Positions 40,561 through 51,421 are shown, counted from the stretch's first letter. The stretch is DNA of 64,000 bases from Candidatus Zixiibacteriota bacterium (GCA_043819555.1 JBDREQ010000003.1:1-64000); one strand, 5' to 3'. Program-made: numbers and translations. The notes: generated by a model not told the origin, from the sequence alone.

Positions 40561-41049
40561 ATGTGGCGATTATTTATTGACATAATCAAAACAACGGTCT
40601 TTGCTTTGCCGGTGGGGATGTATACATCCATTAAACACTTGTTTAAAAAACCGGTTACCAGGAAATATCCCCGTGAGAAAATGGAGATGGCTCCGCGCTA
40701 CCGGGGATTACATTATTTGGAAAGATATGATGATGGCACCGAACGCTGTGTTTGTTGCGGTCTATGTGCTGCGGCCTGCCCGGCCGACGCGATTTATATG
40801 GAACCGGACGAAAACGAAAAGGGCGAGCGGCTTGCCAAAGTCTATGAGATAAATATCATCCGGTGTATTTTTTGCGGATTTTGCGAAGAGGCTTGCCCCG
40901 AGGAAGCGATTTTCCTCGGACATGAATATGAGCTTGCGGATGACCAGCGCGATAAGTTTATTAGGAGCAAGGATGATATGCTGGTCGAGTATCCTCGCAA
41001 AGATCGGCCGTATAAAACGATTCATCGGCGGGTCCGGAAGCATTATTAA
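40561..41049 (+). CDS. nuoI: NADH-quinone oxidoreductase subunit I
   Basis: Two CxxCxxCxxxCP motifs. Confidence 0.96.
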   Translation: MWRLFIDIIKTTVFALPVGMYTSIKHLFKKPVTRKYPREKMEMAPRYRGLHYLERYDDGTERCVCCGLCAAACPADAIYMEPDENEKGERLAKVYEINIIRCIFCGFCEEACPEEAIFLGHEYELADDQRDKFIRSKDDMLVEYPRKDRPYKTIHRRVRKHY

Positions 41050-41070
41050 ATTGGATTTGGAGGTTAGTCT

Positions 41071-41574
41071 GTGACAGTAGAAATGATTGTATTCGCGGCC
41101 GCGGCGATTGTTGCCCTGGCTTCGGCAGTCATGGTCATTACGGTACGGAATCCGGTCGGTTCGGTATTGTATTTGATACTGTCGCTTTTGGCTCAGTCGG
41201 TTTTATATGTTCAATTGTCGGGCCTGTTCATCGCAGCATTTCTGGTGCTCGTTTATGGCGGAGCTATTCTGGTTTTATTCCTTTTTGTTATCATGCTTCT
41301 CAATATCAAATATGCTGATCTGGGACCGGATAGTTATCCGGGAATTAAACCGATGGCCTGGGTATTCGGGGCGGTTTTGCTGGCAGAGATGGTCTGGGTG
41401 TCGATGGGTGTTTCGACTGGCATACCGGCTACCAATGGAGATTTTGGATCGGTTCCGGAAGTAGCTCGGCTTCTCTATGGTAAGTTTGTTTTTCCTTTTG
41501 AATTGACATCAGTATTGTTATTGGCGGCGATTGTCGGCGCGGTTATTATGGCCAAAAAGGAGCTTTCGCGATGA
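41071..41574 (+). CDS. nuoJ: NADH-quinone oxidoreductase subunit J
   Basis: VYGGAILVLFLFVIMLL, PFELTSVLLLAAIVGA. Confidence 0.95.
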   Translation: MTVEMIVFAAAAIVALASAVMVITVRNPVGSVLYLILSLLAQSVLYVQLSGLFIAAFLVLVYGGAILVLFLFVIMLLNIKYADLGPDSYPGIKPMAWVFGAVLLAEMVWVSMGVSTGIPATNGDFGSVPEVARLLYGKFVFPFELTSVLLLAAIVGAVIMAKKELSR

Positions 41575-41873
41575 TACCGCTTGATTATTATATAATACTT
41601 TCCGCCTTTCTGTTTGCGACAGGTGTGATTGGCGTGGTTATTTCTCGAAATATGATTGTCATGTTCATGTCGATTGAGATTATGCTTAACGCCGGTAATC
41701 TGGCAATGATGGCTTTCTCAAGATATCTGCAAAATATGGACGGCCATGTATTTGTTTTTTTGGTGATGGCGGTTGCGGCGGCTGAAGCCGCTGTCGGGCT
41801 GGCGATTATTATTGCCGTGTTCCGAAATCGTGAATCGGTGAATTCCGATTCGCTTAATTTAATGAAATGGTAA
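41571..41873 (+). CDS. nuoK: NADH-quinone oxidoreductase subunit K
   Basis: SIEIMLN, VAAAEAAVGLA. Confidence 0.96.
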   Translation: MIPLDYYIILSAFLFATGVIGVVISRNMIVMFMSIEIMLNAGNLAMMAFSRYLQNMDGHVFVFLVMAVAAAEAAVGLAIIIAVFRNRESVNSDSLNLMKW

Positions 41874-43807
41874 ATATGTTTGATTATTTATACATAGTTC
41901 CCCTCCTGCCGCTTTTGGCTGTGCTTATAAATGGACTGCTGTTTAGCAAAATGTCTAAAACCGCTGTTCAAAGCCTTGCTGTTGGTTCGGTAGGATTATC
42001 ATTTGTCGCATCGGTTATATTGTTTTTTAATCTCTTGGGTTTTGATCCCGCGCATCGCACGATTGAGCAGGTATTATTTTCCTGGATTCCAGTCGGCTCG
42101 TTACAACTTAATATCGCTTTTTTATTAGATCCTCTTTCGGCCGTGATGATTCTGGTAGTATCCGGCGTCGGATTTTTGATTCATGTTTATTCAATTGGAT
42201 ATATGGCCCATGACCCGGGTGTAAAAAGATATTTTATTTATCTTAATCTATTCATGTTTTCAATGCTGACGCTAGTATTGGCAAATAACTTGATTCTGCT
42301 ATTCGTCGGTTGGGAAGGTGTCGGGCTCTGCAGTTATTTGTTAATTGGTTTCTGGTTCCACAAGAAATCTGCTTCAGATGCGGGCAAAAAAGCTTTTATA
42401 GTCAATCGCGTCGGTGATTTTGGTTTTATATTGGGCAGTTTTATTATTTTCTGGATGGCCGGAACGCTTGATTTTGTCGCGATGCGAAATGTTTCAACCG
42501 AAGTATTCACTATCGGCGGAACGACAATGGTTACAGCGGCTACGCTGCTTTTGTTCTTCGGCGCGACCGGAAAATCGGCCCAGATTCCTTTATATATCTG
42601 GCTTCCAGACGCGATGGAAGGCCCCACTCCGGTATCAGCATTGATTCATGCCGCGACAATGGTGACTGCCGGAGTTTATCTGCTGGTGCGTTTGAATTTC
42701 CTGTTCGTGATGGCTCCGACAACAATGCTGGTTGTCGCTATTGTCGGATGCCTGACCGCGTTTGTGGCGGCTACAATTGGGCTTGCCCAAAATGACATCA
42801 AAAGAGTATTGGCTTATTCGACTGTCAGCCAGCTGGGGTATATGATGATGGCCTGCGGAGTCGCGGCCTTCACCGCCGGCATTTTTCATCTCATGACCCA
42901 CGCATTTTTCAAAGCCCTATTATTTCTTGGTTCCGGTTCGGTTATTCATGCTATGTCGAATGAACAGGATATGCGTAAGATGGGCGGACTAAGGAAGCAG
43001 CTTCCAATTACATATTTGACTTTTTTAATGGGCACTCTGGCAATTGCGGGTATTCCCGGTTTTTCTGGATTCTTTTCCAAAGATGAAATTTTGTGGAAAT
43101 CATTTTCGTCAGGAAATGGCCATTGGATTTTCTGGGCGGCAGGCGTTGTTACCGCGGTATTAACCGCCTTCTATATGTTCCGATTATTGTATTTGACGTT
43201 TTATGGCGAGGGCCGTTATGACCAGCATACCGCCGATCATTTGCATGAATCACCAAAGGTTATGACAATGCCGCTGGTGATTCTGGCGATCCTGGCGGTA
43301 ATCGGCGGCTGGGTTGGGATTCCTCATGCTCTAAAGGGCGGCGCGCATTTTGAAAAATTTCTTGAACCGGTTATTCGCAATTACAGTTCACACACTCTTG
43401 GCGCCGATGCGCATCATGCTGCCTCTTTAGAATATGGCTTGATGGCTTTGACTGTAGGCTTGATCTTAATTTCAATATATCTGGCATGGTATTTTTATCG
43501 GAAAAATATCGCCAAAGCCGGCTCGTTGCGAGAAACATTCTCAGGGATCCACAAAACCTTGCTGAATAAATACTGGGTCGATGAATTTTACGGCTGGTCG
43601 ATTATTCGGCCGGTTGTCAATGGTTCTGTCTTCTTATGGAAAGTATTTGATGTTCTGATTATCGATGGTATTGCCAATGGGTTGGCCCAAATTACTCGCG
43701 ACGTGTCCGATAATTTTCGTAAAATGCAGACGGGTAATTTGCGGGGCTACATGGCGGTGTTTTTAATTGGAGCCGTTTTATTAATTGGTTTTTTGGTGGT
43801 GAGGTAG
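41867..43807 (+). CDS. nuoL: NADH-quinone oxidoreductase subunit L
   Basis: WEGVG, NRVGD, KSAQ.PL..WLPDAMEGPTPVSALIHAATMV, THAFFKA. Confidence 0.97.
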   Translation: MVNMFDYLYIVPLLPLLAVLINGLLFSKMSKTAVQSLAVGSVGLSFVASVILFFNLLGFDPAHRTIEQVLFSWIPVGSLQLNIAFLLDPLSAVMILVVSGVGFLIHVYSIGYMAHDPGVKRYFIYLNLFMFSMLTLVLANNLILLFVGWEGVGLCSYLLIGFWFHKKSASDAGKKAFIVNRVGDFGFILGSFIIFWMAGTLDFVAMRNVSTEVFTIGGTTMVTAATLLLFFGATGKSAQIPLYIWLPDAMEGPTPVSALIHAATMVTAGVYLLVRLNFLFVMAPTTMLVVAIVGCLTAFVAATIGLAQNDIKRVLAYSTVSQLGYMMMACGVAAFTAGIFHLMTHAFFKALLFLGSGSVIHAMSNEQDMRKMGGLRKQLPITYLTFLMGTLAIAGIPGFSGFFSKDEILWKSFSSGNGHWIFWAAGVVTAVLTAFYMFRLLYLTFYGEGRYDQHTADHLHESPKVMTMPLVILAILAVIGGWVGIPHALKGGAHFEKFLEPVIRNYSSHTLGADAHHAASLEYGLMALTVGLILISIYLAWYFYRKNIAKAGSLRETFSGIHKTLLNKYWVDEFYGWSIIRPVVNGSVFLWKVFDVLIIDGIANGLAQITRDVSDNFRKMQTGNLRGYMAVFLIGAVLLIGFLVVR

Positions 43808-43810
43808 GGA

Positions 43811-45382
43811 ATGGATAGCTGGATACTGACAATTGTTACTTTCCTGCCGATGGTCGGAGTTTTGGCGCTTCTCCTGATTCCCAAATCTCACCATATATCG
43901 TTGCGCCATACGACGCTGTTTTTTACCATTCTGACATTTGCCGCGTCTTTATGCCTGCTCTTTCGTTTCGACATTGCCGCCAGCGGGATGCAATTCGATG
44001 TCAATCTGCCATGGGTTGAACATTTTGGAATCGGTTATCATCTTGGCGTCGATGGCATCAGCCTGCTTTTGATTCTACTTACAACATTTTTGACGGCAAT
44101 TGCGGTTCTATCAACATTCAAGGCCGTCGAACATTCTCATCAGGGATTTTATATATCGATCCTGCTTTTGGAAACCGGTATGTTGGGCGTTTTTGCCGCT
44201 TTGGATCTGTTTTTGTTTTATGTTTTCTGGGAATTAATGCTGATTCCGATGTATTTCCTGATTGGTATCTGGGGCGGGAAACGACGCGTTTATGCCGCAA
44301 TCAAATTTGTTCTCTTTACGATGGTGGGTTCGCTTCTCATGCTGGTCGCGATTCTGGTTATCTATTTCCAATATCAAAGTATATTTGGTGAATATACCTG
44401 CGATCTTATTAAGATAACTTCCCTGCCTTTGGCGGCCAATTTACAGCTCTGGCTTTTTGCCGCATTTGGGCTGGCTTTTATAATAAAGGTTCCTATGTGG
44501 CCGTTCCATACCTGGCTTCCTGATGCTCACGTTGAAGCGCCTACCGCCGGTTCGGTAATTCTGGCCGGGGTTCTTTTGAAGATGGGGACTTACGGTTTCA
44601 TTCGTTTTTGTCTGCCGCTTTTCCCGATCGCGACTTTCGAATTTATGCCATTGATTTCTATTCTGGCGGTTATCGGAATTATTTATGGCGCGCTGGTTGC
44701 CATGGTTCAAAAAGATATCAAATCCCTGGTCGCGTATTCCTCAGTGTCGCATATGGGATTTATTATGCTCGGTATGATGGCAATGAATCTGCAGGGTATG
44801 CAGGGTTCCATCATTCAGATGATAAATCACGGCATATCAACCGGCGCTTTGTTTATTCTGGTTGGGATGATTTATGAACGCCGGCATACTCGCTTGATTT
44901 CAGAATATGGCGGTCTGGCGCATCGATTGCCTGTATTCTCGACACTCTTTATGATAGTCCTTCTCTCCTCAATCGGCGTACCCGGTACAAACGGATTCGT
45001 TGGCGAGTTTCTCATACTTCTGGGTACCTGGTCGTATAACAAAGTGTACGCGGTGCTGGCCGCTTCGGGAGTTATCTTTGCCGCATGTTATATGCTGTGG
45101 ATGTACCAGCGAGTATTCTTTGGCAAGTTGACCAACCCGGCCAATGAAAAGTTGCTGGATCTGGATTTGCGAGAGAAGATAGTTCTGATACCATTAGTCA
45201 TCATGATATTCTGGATTGGGATTTATCCTAAACCGTTTTTCACTCTCTTGGAACCCGCTGTTAAGGATGTGATTGCCCGGGTTGAGCAGGGCCGGGCTGA
45301 GTATGAAGCGTACAGTCAATTAACGGATGATGAAATTGCCGTCTCCAAGATGATTGTCGAAGCCACCAGGGAGAGCGAATAA
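43811..45382 (+). CDS. nuoM: NADH-quinone oxidoreductase subunit M
   Basis: DGISL, FWE.MLIP, KVPMWPFHTWLPDAHVEAP, AYSSVSHMG. Confidence 0.97.
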   Translation: MDSWILTIVTFLPMVGVLALLLIPKSHHISLRHTTLFFTILTFAASLCLLFRFDIAASGMQFDVNLPWVEHFGIGYHLGVDGISLLLILLTTFLTAIAVLSTFKAVEHSHQGFYISILLLETGMLGVFAALDLFLFYVFWELMLIPMYFLIGIWGGKRRVYAAIKFVLFTMVGSLLMLVAILVIYFQYQSIFGEYTCDLIKITSLPLAANLQLWLFAAFGLAFIIKVPMWPFHTWLPDAHVEAPTAGSVILAGVLLKMGTYGFIRFCLPLFPIATFEFMPLISILAVIGIIYGALVAMVQKDIKSLVAYSSVSHMGFIMLGMMAMNLQGMQGSIIQMINHGISTGALFILVGMIYERRHTRLISEYGGLAHRLPVFSTLFMIVLLSSIGVPGTNGFVGEFLILLGTWSYNKVYAVLAASGVIFAACYMLWMYQRVFFGKLTNPANEKLLDLDLREKIVLIPLVIMIFWIGIYPKPFFTLLEPAVKDVIARVEQGRAEYEAYSQLTDDEIAVSKMIVEATRESE

Positions 45383-45603
45383 TGCCAAACGTTAAAATGT
45401 TTACCAAGCCCGGTTGTCCTTATTGCGCAGCGGCGCGAGAGAATTACAACGACCGGGGCGTTGAGTTTGAGGATATCAACGTTATAGATAATCCTCGGGC
45501 ACAGGAAGAATTATTAAAGTTATCCAACGGTGAGAGGATTGTGCCTGTTATCGTAGATAGTGGTGAAGTAAAATTAGGCTGGGGCGGAAGCTGAGGGTTT
45601 TAA
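45382..45603 (+). CDS. Glutaredoxin-like probable selenoprotein (C-terminal GGS-U-G-F-stop, 'UXX-star' type)
   Basis: CPYC active site and cis-Pro VPV; TGA 45592-45594 followed by GGG TTT TAA; hairpin 45611-45625; TAATG coupling to nuoM. Confidence 0.8.
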
Positions 45604-45610
45604 CTCTTGA

Positions 45611-45625
45611 GCGGTCGTGAACCGC
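45611..45625 (+). promoter_or_regulatory. Putative bacterial SECIS hairpin
   Basis: GCGGT-cgtga-ACCGC; loop begins 21 nt after the TGA with G at its second position. Confidence 0.55.
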
Positions 45626-45649
45626 GCCTTTCGCTAACGGAGAAAAACT

Positions 45650-47104
45650 ATGTCGCAATTAAGTGCGGCCATCAATTTGAATATATTACTGCCGGAAATA
45701 ACTCTGCTTACGGCGGCTTTTATCCTATTGGTTTTTATTCCCCTGATGAAGCAAAAGATATTTTCAGTCGCATTGACAGTAATAGCCGCCCTGGCTTCCC
45801 TGATGTTCGTTGTCAAGTCATGGAATGATCCGCAGTCCGCTTATTTTGGCATGGTTGTCTGCGATAATTTCTCTCTGTTTTGCAAAGCTATTTTTCTATT
45901 CACCTGCGGTTCGGTCGCCATGCTATCGCGCGATTACCTGAAAAGCCGGGGATTGGATCGCCCCGAATATTATGCAATGCTATTGATATCTACGGCCGGT
46001 ATGATGTTCATGGTCTCATCTTCGGATTTGATGGTCATTTTTATCGGACTGGAAATCATGTCGCTCCCGCTTTATGTCCTGGCCGGCTACTTGCGAGATA
46101 ATCTGCGCTCAAACGAATCGGCCGCCAAGTATTTCTTTATGGGCGCCTTTGCTTCTGCCTTTCTTCTATATGGCATCGCGCTAGTATACGGCGGTACAGG
46201 GACAACCGATCTGGTCAAAATATATACTTCAACCGGTATTGCGATTCATCAGTTCCCAATGTATTTCCTGATTGGGGCGGCGCTGGTATTGATCGGTTTC
46301 GCCTTCAAAATCGCATCGTTCCCGTTCCATATGTGGGTGCCTGATGTATATCAGGGCGCCCCTACGCCGATTACTGCTTTTTTCTCAATTGGGCCAAAGG
46401 CGGCCGGAGTGGCAACTTTGTTGCGTATTTTTATGATTGGATTCTGGAGTGTATTTGATACCTACGGACCGCTCTTCTGGATGCTGGCCTTCCTGACCAT
46501 GACGGTTGGCAATATTCTGGCGTTGATGCAAATCGACGTCAAACGAATGCTGGCCTATAGTTCTATCGCCCATGCCGGATATCTATTGGTGGCGGTGACG
46601 GCTGGAAGCAATGACGCGGTTTCGGCGGCGCTGTTTTATCTGCTGGCATACAGCTTTTTCAATATGGGCGCCTTCGCGATTGTCACGCTAATAGAAAACA
46701 AAACCAAATCAAATGATATTCAATCGTTCCGGGGATTGAGCTCAAAACATCCCTGGTTGGCCGTGTTTTTAGCTTTATTCATGTTCTCGCTGGCGGGATT
46801 TCCACCGACGGCCGGATTTATGGCGAAATTTTATGTCTTCTCGGCGGCGGTGAAATCGGGTCTGGTCTGGCTGGTTGTCGCAGCTGTAATAAACAGTTTG
46901 ATATCCGTTTATTATTATTTTCGCCCCCTCAAGGTGGCTTTTTTTGATAAAGCAGAGGGCGATGATATTCCCGCCAAGGGTTTAACGCTTAGTCCGTTAT
47001 TTGTGATAGTCTTAATTTTGACCGGTTTGGGTTCAATTGGATTGGGGATATTTCCAGGTTATTTCATCGACCTCGCCGCGTCTTCTGGTCTGATAATTCT
47101 GTAA
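45650..47104 (+). CDS. nuoN: NADH-quinone oxidoreductase subunit N
   Basis: LE.MSL.LY, EAA-like SAAKYF, FK...FPFHMWVPDVYQGAP, KRMLAYSSIAHAGY. Confidence 0.96.
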   Translation: MSQLSAAINLNILLPEITLLTAAFILLVFIPLMKQKIFSVALTVIAALASLMFVVKSWNDPQSAYFGMVVCDNFSLFCKAIFLFTCGSVAMLSRDYLKSRGLDRPEYYAMLLISTAGMMFMVSSSDLMVIFIGLEIMSLPLYVLAGYLRDNLRSNESAAKYFFMGAFASAFLLYGIALVYGGTGTTDLVKIYTSTGIAIHQFPMYFLIGAALVLIGFAFKIASFPFHMWVPDVYQGAPTPITAFFSIGPKAAGVATLLRIFMIGFWSVFDTYGPLFWMLAFLTMTVGNILALMQIDVKRMLAYSSIAHAGYLLVAVTAGSNDAVSAALFYLLAYSFFNMGAFAIVTLIENKTKSNDIQSFRGLSSKHPWLAVFLALFMFSLAGFPPTAGFMAKFYVFSAAVKSGLVWLVVAAVINSLISVYYYFRPLKVAFFDKAEGDDIPAKGLTLSPLFVIVLILTGLGSIGLGIFPGYFIDLAASSGLIIL

Positions 47105-47140
47105 AAGAAATTCTGAATTCTGCATGGCTCTCAATTGATT

Positions 47141-49873
47141 CTATAACGCATACATACAGGGCAACGGGCCGCCTTTGAAGATATTATTAATCATATAAAC
47201 CGCATCGCCGACATTGCCCTGGCCATCACAGTTGGCGTCGGCTTCTTTGGGATGTACCGGGCCGGGACCGCCTTTGAATACCATGTTGATGATATAGACG
47301 GCATCGCCGACATTGAAATTGCCGTCGTTATTGGCGTCGCCTGACATTTCCCAGACCGTGTAAGTATAATCAAATAAGATTGCTGTTTCATCGCCGATGA
47401 TATTTTCCTCAGGTAATCCCCGAATGACATAAGGCGTAGTCGAGCAACCCTGGGCCGCGATGCCAATCGTCGCGGTTTGCTCCAGACCGGTAGTGCCGAC
47501 CGATTTATATTGGAATTTTATATTTCCATTTTTACTCAGAATAATCTGAAAGGTCGTCAAAGTATCATCGGATGAATTGAAATTGCCGACCTTATTGTAT
47601 TGAACGATAAATGTATCCCGTTCAGGCGAACGATAATAATATACTCGTCCATGTCCGCCAATTCCTGGATCCATATTAAGATCATTCCAGAAAGGCGAAA
47701 TTACCGTTTTAAAAGGCGCCCCGGGAATATCAAGATCATCGTAAAATCCTTCAAAATTGACATCGGCATCGGTAAAGGAAACGGCTCCGTTGGCACCCAA
47801 ATAAATTTCACTATAAGCGGTATCATAAAAGGGAAAATCAAATTCCAGGGCGATCGGCCCAAACGAACCATCATCAAGGATATCAACCGATGTATAATTA
47901 TTATACCACAGATGAGACGGAGCGATATAACCCATCGATTCGATATTGATCCAGTTGTATTCGGCATCGGCATGATCAGGATATATCGTCGGAAAATAAG
48001 TCGTATCTTCGCATAGGACTTCAAGAAAAATTGGTAATATAATTTCATCATCGAGTGCTTCCCCGGAAGTCCCGAATTGGACCAATACTTGACCTTTCAA
48101 TGTGCCCACATTTTGGTCACCGATTTCAGGTGAGAGGTCAAAATCGAACGGAACCGAACTCCCGGAAAAAATGACTCCGGATGGATTTTGGATATTTATC
48201 CATTCGGCGGTGTTGTCTTCGCCCATGGGTTGAGCCGAGGCGGTAAAATCATAATCCTGATCAATGGATATATTCTCCAGCAGGACCGACATATTAAGAA
48301 CCGATTGATTGACGGCGGCTGTATCGATAAAATATGGAGTGATTGTCAAATCATATGGAAGGGGCAAAATTGCGTCTGCGGCTTGAATATCAGGACGGGG
48401 TCCTATATGCCGGTTAGTGATTCCCTGTTGAGGTGATCCGGTTGAAACCAGGATGTCGCGCATCCTATCGGCGTCTAAATCAACTCCATTGAATCTGTTT
48501 TTATATATTCCCTGCAATGACGCGACGACTCCGGCGACTATTGCTGTTGCCGAAGATGTGCCGTTAAAATCTCCGGTATAATATTGGTGTTCATCGCCCC
48601 CACCATTGAATAAATCGCCATAACCGGCAGTGACAACTTCGCGGCCATGTCCCTGAACGTTGACCCTTTCGCCATAATTGGAAAAATCAAGCCAGGAACG
48701 ATCAGTGCCGAAATTCCCCGAAGGAGGGGCTCCCGCCCCAACCATAATAGCGTGAGAATTTCTCCATGTTGTATCGAACATGTTTTCATAAAGGGCATCA
48801 CCAAGATTTTCGGCGCCATTTCCCGCTGCTTCAACAACAATTATACCCTTAGCCCAGGCATATTGAAGGGCATCGTATATATCCTGCCAGTACTCTATGC
48901 AAATATAACCGCGCTGGTCGGTGCGAACCGCGAAATTATATCGAGGCCCCGGCGCATTAATCTCGATTAATATGATATCGCCGGCGTCCAATTGCTCAAC
49001 CGCGAGCAGTATCCCTTCGCTAATATTGTAAGTCAAATAAGAAGCCATGCCGACTTCGACTGACGATGATATTCCTGAAACTCCAAAGCCATCAACTCCT
49101 GCCTTAATAATACCCATTACCGCTGTTCCATGATTACGAGTAAGAAAATCTCCAGCGGGGTCACCGCCGAGTATAGCATCAGGGCTGAGGTCTAAATCTT
49201 CATGGTCTACAATCCAATCGCCTTCAATATCAAATAGTTTAACTGCGGCGCCATCGCCCCCCGATACCGTTTGCGCGTAATCGGCATCAACTCCGCCGGG
49301 AGCGGGCCTGAGAAAATCCTGATTGCCGGAGTAATTCGGAGTTGGAGGATCAATGTCTCCGGCCGGTTCAAAATGTGGCTGAGCATACGCAATCTCCACT
49401 TCGGGAAGCGCATTTAATTGGTTTATTATATTTTGGGCTTCGTTGGTGGAAGAAACAGTAATGGTGATATAATTGTTAAAGTCGGCTAATTCATGACCGC
49501 TTTTATTTTCAAGAATATTTTTTTTCCGTTCAAGAATGTCAGCCGGTTTGGAAACGAGCTTTTCAATTCCGGCATTTGATTTAGCTGAAAGGATTTTATT
49601 GATTCCGGCCAGATTTTTTCCAGATAGAGAAACTAATTTATTTCCGAACAATCTTAACTTAGTATCCTTGACCAGCTTGACGATAACACGATCAATATTG
49701 GCTGAAGGATCGATTGTAGTTTTACCCGGCTTTGAAACCGGTTGACGTAATCTCAGGATATATGAAGACCCAGTTGTTTTATCATTCTCAACTTGCCGAG
49801 GCATGCAAATTGATGACATGACAAACAGGCAAATGACTATTGTAAGCCGTCGTTTACCCAATAATCCAATCAT
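47141..49873 (-). CDS. S8 (subtilisin-like) serine peptidase with C-terminal dockerin-like domain
   Basis: Triad in FDIE, NHGTAV, NGTSSA; AAGNG; paired GDAN.DG..NVGDAVY.IN..FKGGP repeats. Confidence 0.9.
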   Translation of the reverse strand: MIGLLGKRRLTIVICLFVMSSICMPRQVENDKTTGSSYILRLRQPVSKPGKTTIDPSANIDRVIVKLVKDTKLRLFGNKLVSLSGKNLAGINKILSAKSNAGIEKLVSKPADILERKKNILENKSGHELADFNNYITITVSSTNEAQNIINQLNALPEVEIAYAQPHFEPAGDIDPPTPNYSGNQDFLRPAPGGVDADYAQTVSGGDGAAVKLFDIEGDWIVDHEDLDLSPDAILGGDPAGDFLTRNHGTAVMGIIKAGVDGFGVSGISSSVEVGMASYLTYNISEGILLAVEQLDAGDIILIEINAPGPRYNFAVRTDQRGYICIEYWQDIYDALQYAWAKGIIVVEAAGNGAENLGDALYENMFDTTWRNSHAIMVGAGAPPSGNFGTDRSWLDFSNYGERVNVQGHGREVVTAGYGDLFNGGGDEHQYYTGDFNGTSSATAIVAGVVASLQGIYKNRFNGVDLDADRMRDILVSTGSPQQGITNRHIGPRPDIQAADAILPLPYDLTITPYFIDTAAVNQSVLNMSVLLENISIDQDYDFTASAQPMGEDNTAEWINIQNPSGVIFSGSSVPFDFDLSPEIGDQNVGTLKGQVLVQFGTSGEALDDEIILPIFLEVLCEDTTYFPTIYPDHADAEYNWINIESMGYIAPSHLWYNNYTSVDILDDGSFGPIALEFDFPFYDTAYSEIYLGANGAVSFTDADVNFEGFYDDLDIPGAPFKTVISPFWNDLNMDPGIGGHGRVYYYRSPERDTFIVQYNKVGNFNSSDDTLTTFQIILSKNGNIKFQYKSVGTTGLEQTATIGIAAQGCSTTPYVIRGLPEENIIGDETAILFDYTYTVWEMSGDANNDGNFNVGDAVYIINMVFKGGPGPVHPKEADANCDGQGNVGDAVYMINNIFKGGPLPCMYAL

Positions 49874-50017
49874 TAAAACTCCAATATACCGGTTCGGCGG
49901 CAAGACAGGAAATAGAAGTAGTTACTAATACAATATACACTGATACCCTTTTTTGTCAAACATGTTTCCATGCAGTTTAATATATTATCGGTAAAAATCA
50001 GGAAATATTGGAGTATA

Positions 50018-51421
50018 TTAACCGAGACGTAATTTATTCTTTAACTTGTCGTTAGCTTCAATTTTTATCGGATATTTTCCGGTGAAACAACCTACACAAA
50101 AATCCTCATGAGGTAATGACGGCATAGCCAGCATCCCATCCACCGAAAGGTATCCGAGAGATTCAACTTTCAGAAATTGCCTAATTTCCTCGATTGTCTT
50201 ATGATTGGCAATAAATTCATTGCGTCTGGGCATATCAATCCCAAAGAAGCAGGGAGATATCACCGGCGGCGAGGAGACCCTAAAATGAACTTCTTTGGCT
50301 CCTGCCTGACGGACAAGTTGTACGAGCTTTTTGGAGGTCGTTCCGCGGACAATGGAATCGTCAACCAAAACAACCCTGCGGCCATCCAATACGCCTTTGA
50401 CTGGATTGAATTTTACTTTGACATCGAGGTCCCGTATTTTCTGATCAGGATCAATAAATGATCGGCCGACATAATGATTTCGAATTAAGCCGATTTCAAA
50501 TTTGATACCGGACTGTTCAGAATAACCCAGCGCGGCCGTGTTGGCCGAATCGGGTATTCCGATTACAATATCGGCATCGACGGGATGTTCTTTGGCCAGA
50601 AGGCGTCCCAGGCGGCGCCGAACTTTATCTACGTTTTCTCCAAATACCACCGAATCAGGCCGGGAGAAATAAATATATTCAAATATACAAAATGCCTTGC
50701 GGGATTTGCGGATGGGGAATTCAGATTTTAAACCTCCGTGCGATATTTCGAGAACCTCACCCGGTTCAATATCCCTGACGTATTTCGCTCCAATGATGTC
50801 AAAAGCGCATGTTTCTGATGCAACGACATGATGCCCATTGATTTTGCCCAGAGCCAGGGGACGAAAGCCCCACGGGTCACGGGCGGCGATTATTCTGTCT
50901 TCGGCGCAGAATAAATAGCAAAAGGCTCCCCGCAATGCCTTGACCGCCTCACATACCTGCCCAAAAGTATCGCTGGCCCGGGATTTGGCGACGAGGTGGA
51001 GAACAATTTCGGTATCGGATGTTGTCTGAAAAATCGAACCGCGATTCTCCAGCATTTCCTTTAATTGCATGGAATTGGTCAGATTCCCGTTATGAGCAAC
51101 GGCCAGCATGCGATCACGATTGGTAATTACAAATGGTTGAATATTCGTCAGGGAACTGGCTCCGGTAGTGGAATAGCGAGTATGGCCAACGGCGATTGAA
51201 CCCTTTAAATTATTAAAAATCGACTTATCCGAAAAAACATCAGAAACTTGTCCCATGCCTTTATAAAGATTTAGACGATTATTATATGAGGTGACTATTC
51301 CAGCAGATTCCTGTCCGCGATGTTGCAGAGAGTACAGGCCAAAATATGTCATTTCGGCTGCCCGACGGGAACCAAATATCCCGAATATCCCACATTTGTC
51401 GTGAAATAACTCTTCCGTCAT
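50018..51421 (-). CDS. purF: Amidophosphoribosyltransferase
   Basis: CGIFG after a propeptide, QHRGQESAG, HNGN, CIFEYIYFSRPDS, VDDSIVRGTT. Confidence 0.97.
   Translation of the reverse strand: MTEELFHDKCGIFGIFGSRRAAEMTYFGLYSLQHRGQESAGIVTSYNNRLNLYKGMGQVSDVFSDKSIFNNLKGSIAVGHTRYSTTGASSLTNIQPFVITNRDRMLAVAHNGNLTNSMQLKEMLENRGSIFQTTSDTEIVLHLVAKSRASDTFGQVCEAVKALRGAFCYLFCAEDRIIAARDPWGFRPLALGKINGHHVVASETCAFDIIGAKYVRDIEPGEVLEISHGGLKSEFPIRKSRKAFCIFEYIYFSRPDSVVFGENVDKVRRRLGRLLAKEHPVDADIVIGIPDSANTAALGYSEQSGIKFEIGLIRNHYVGRSFIDPDQKIRDLDVKVKFNPVKGVLDGRRVVLVDDSIVRGTTSKKLVQLVRQAGAKEVHFRVSSPPVISPCFFGIDMPRRNEFIANHKTIEEIRQFLKVESLGYLSVDGMLAMPSLPHEDFCVGCFTGKYPIKIEANDKLKNKLRLG

Noticed and set aside
45607..45828. 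Extra ORF between the Grx gene and nuoN
   Set aside because: Out-of-frame overlap with nuoN; the spacer is better explained by the SECIS-like hairpin and the nuoN SD
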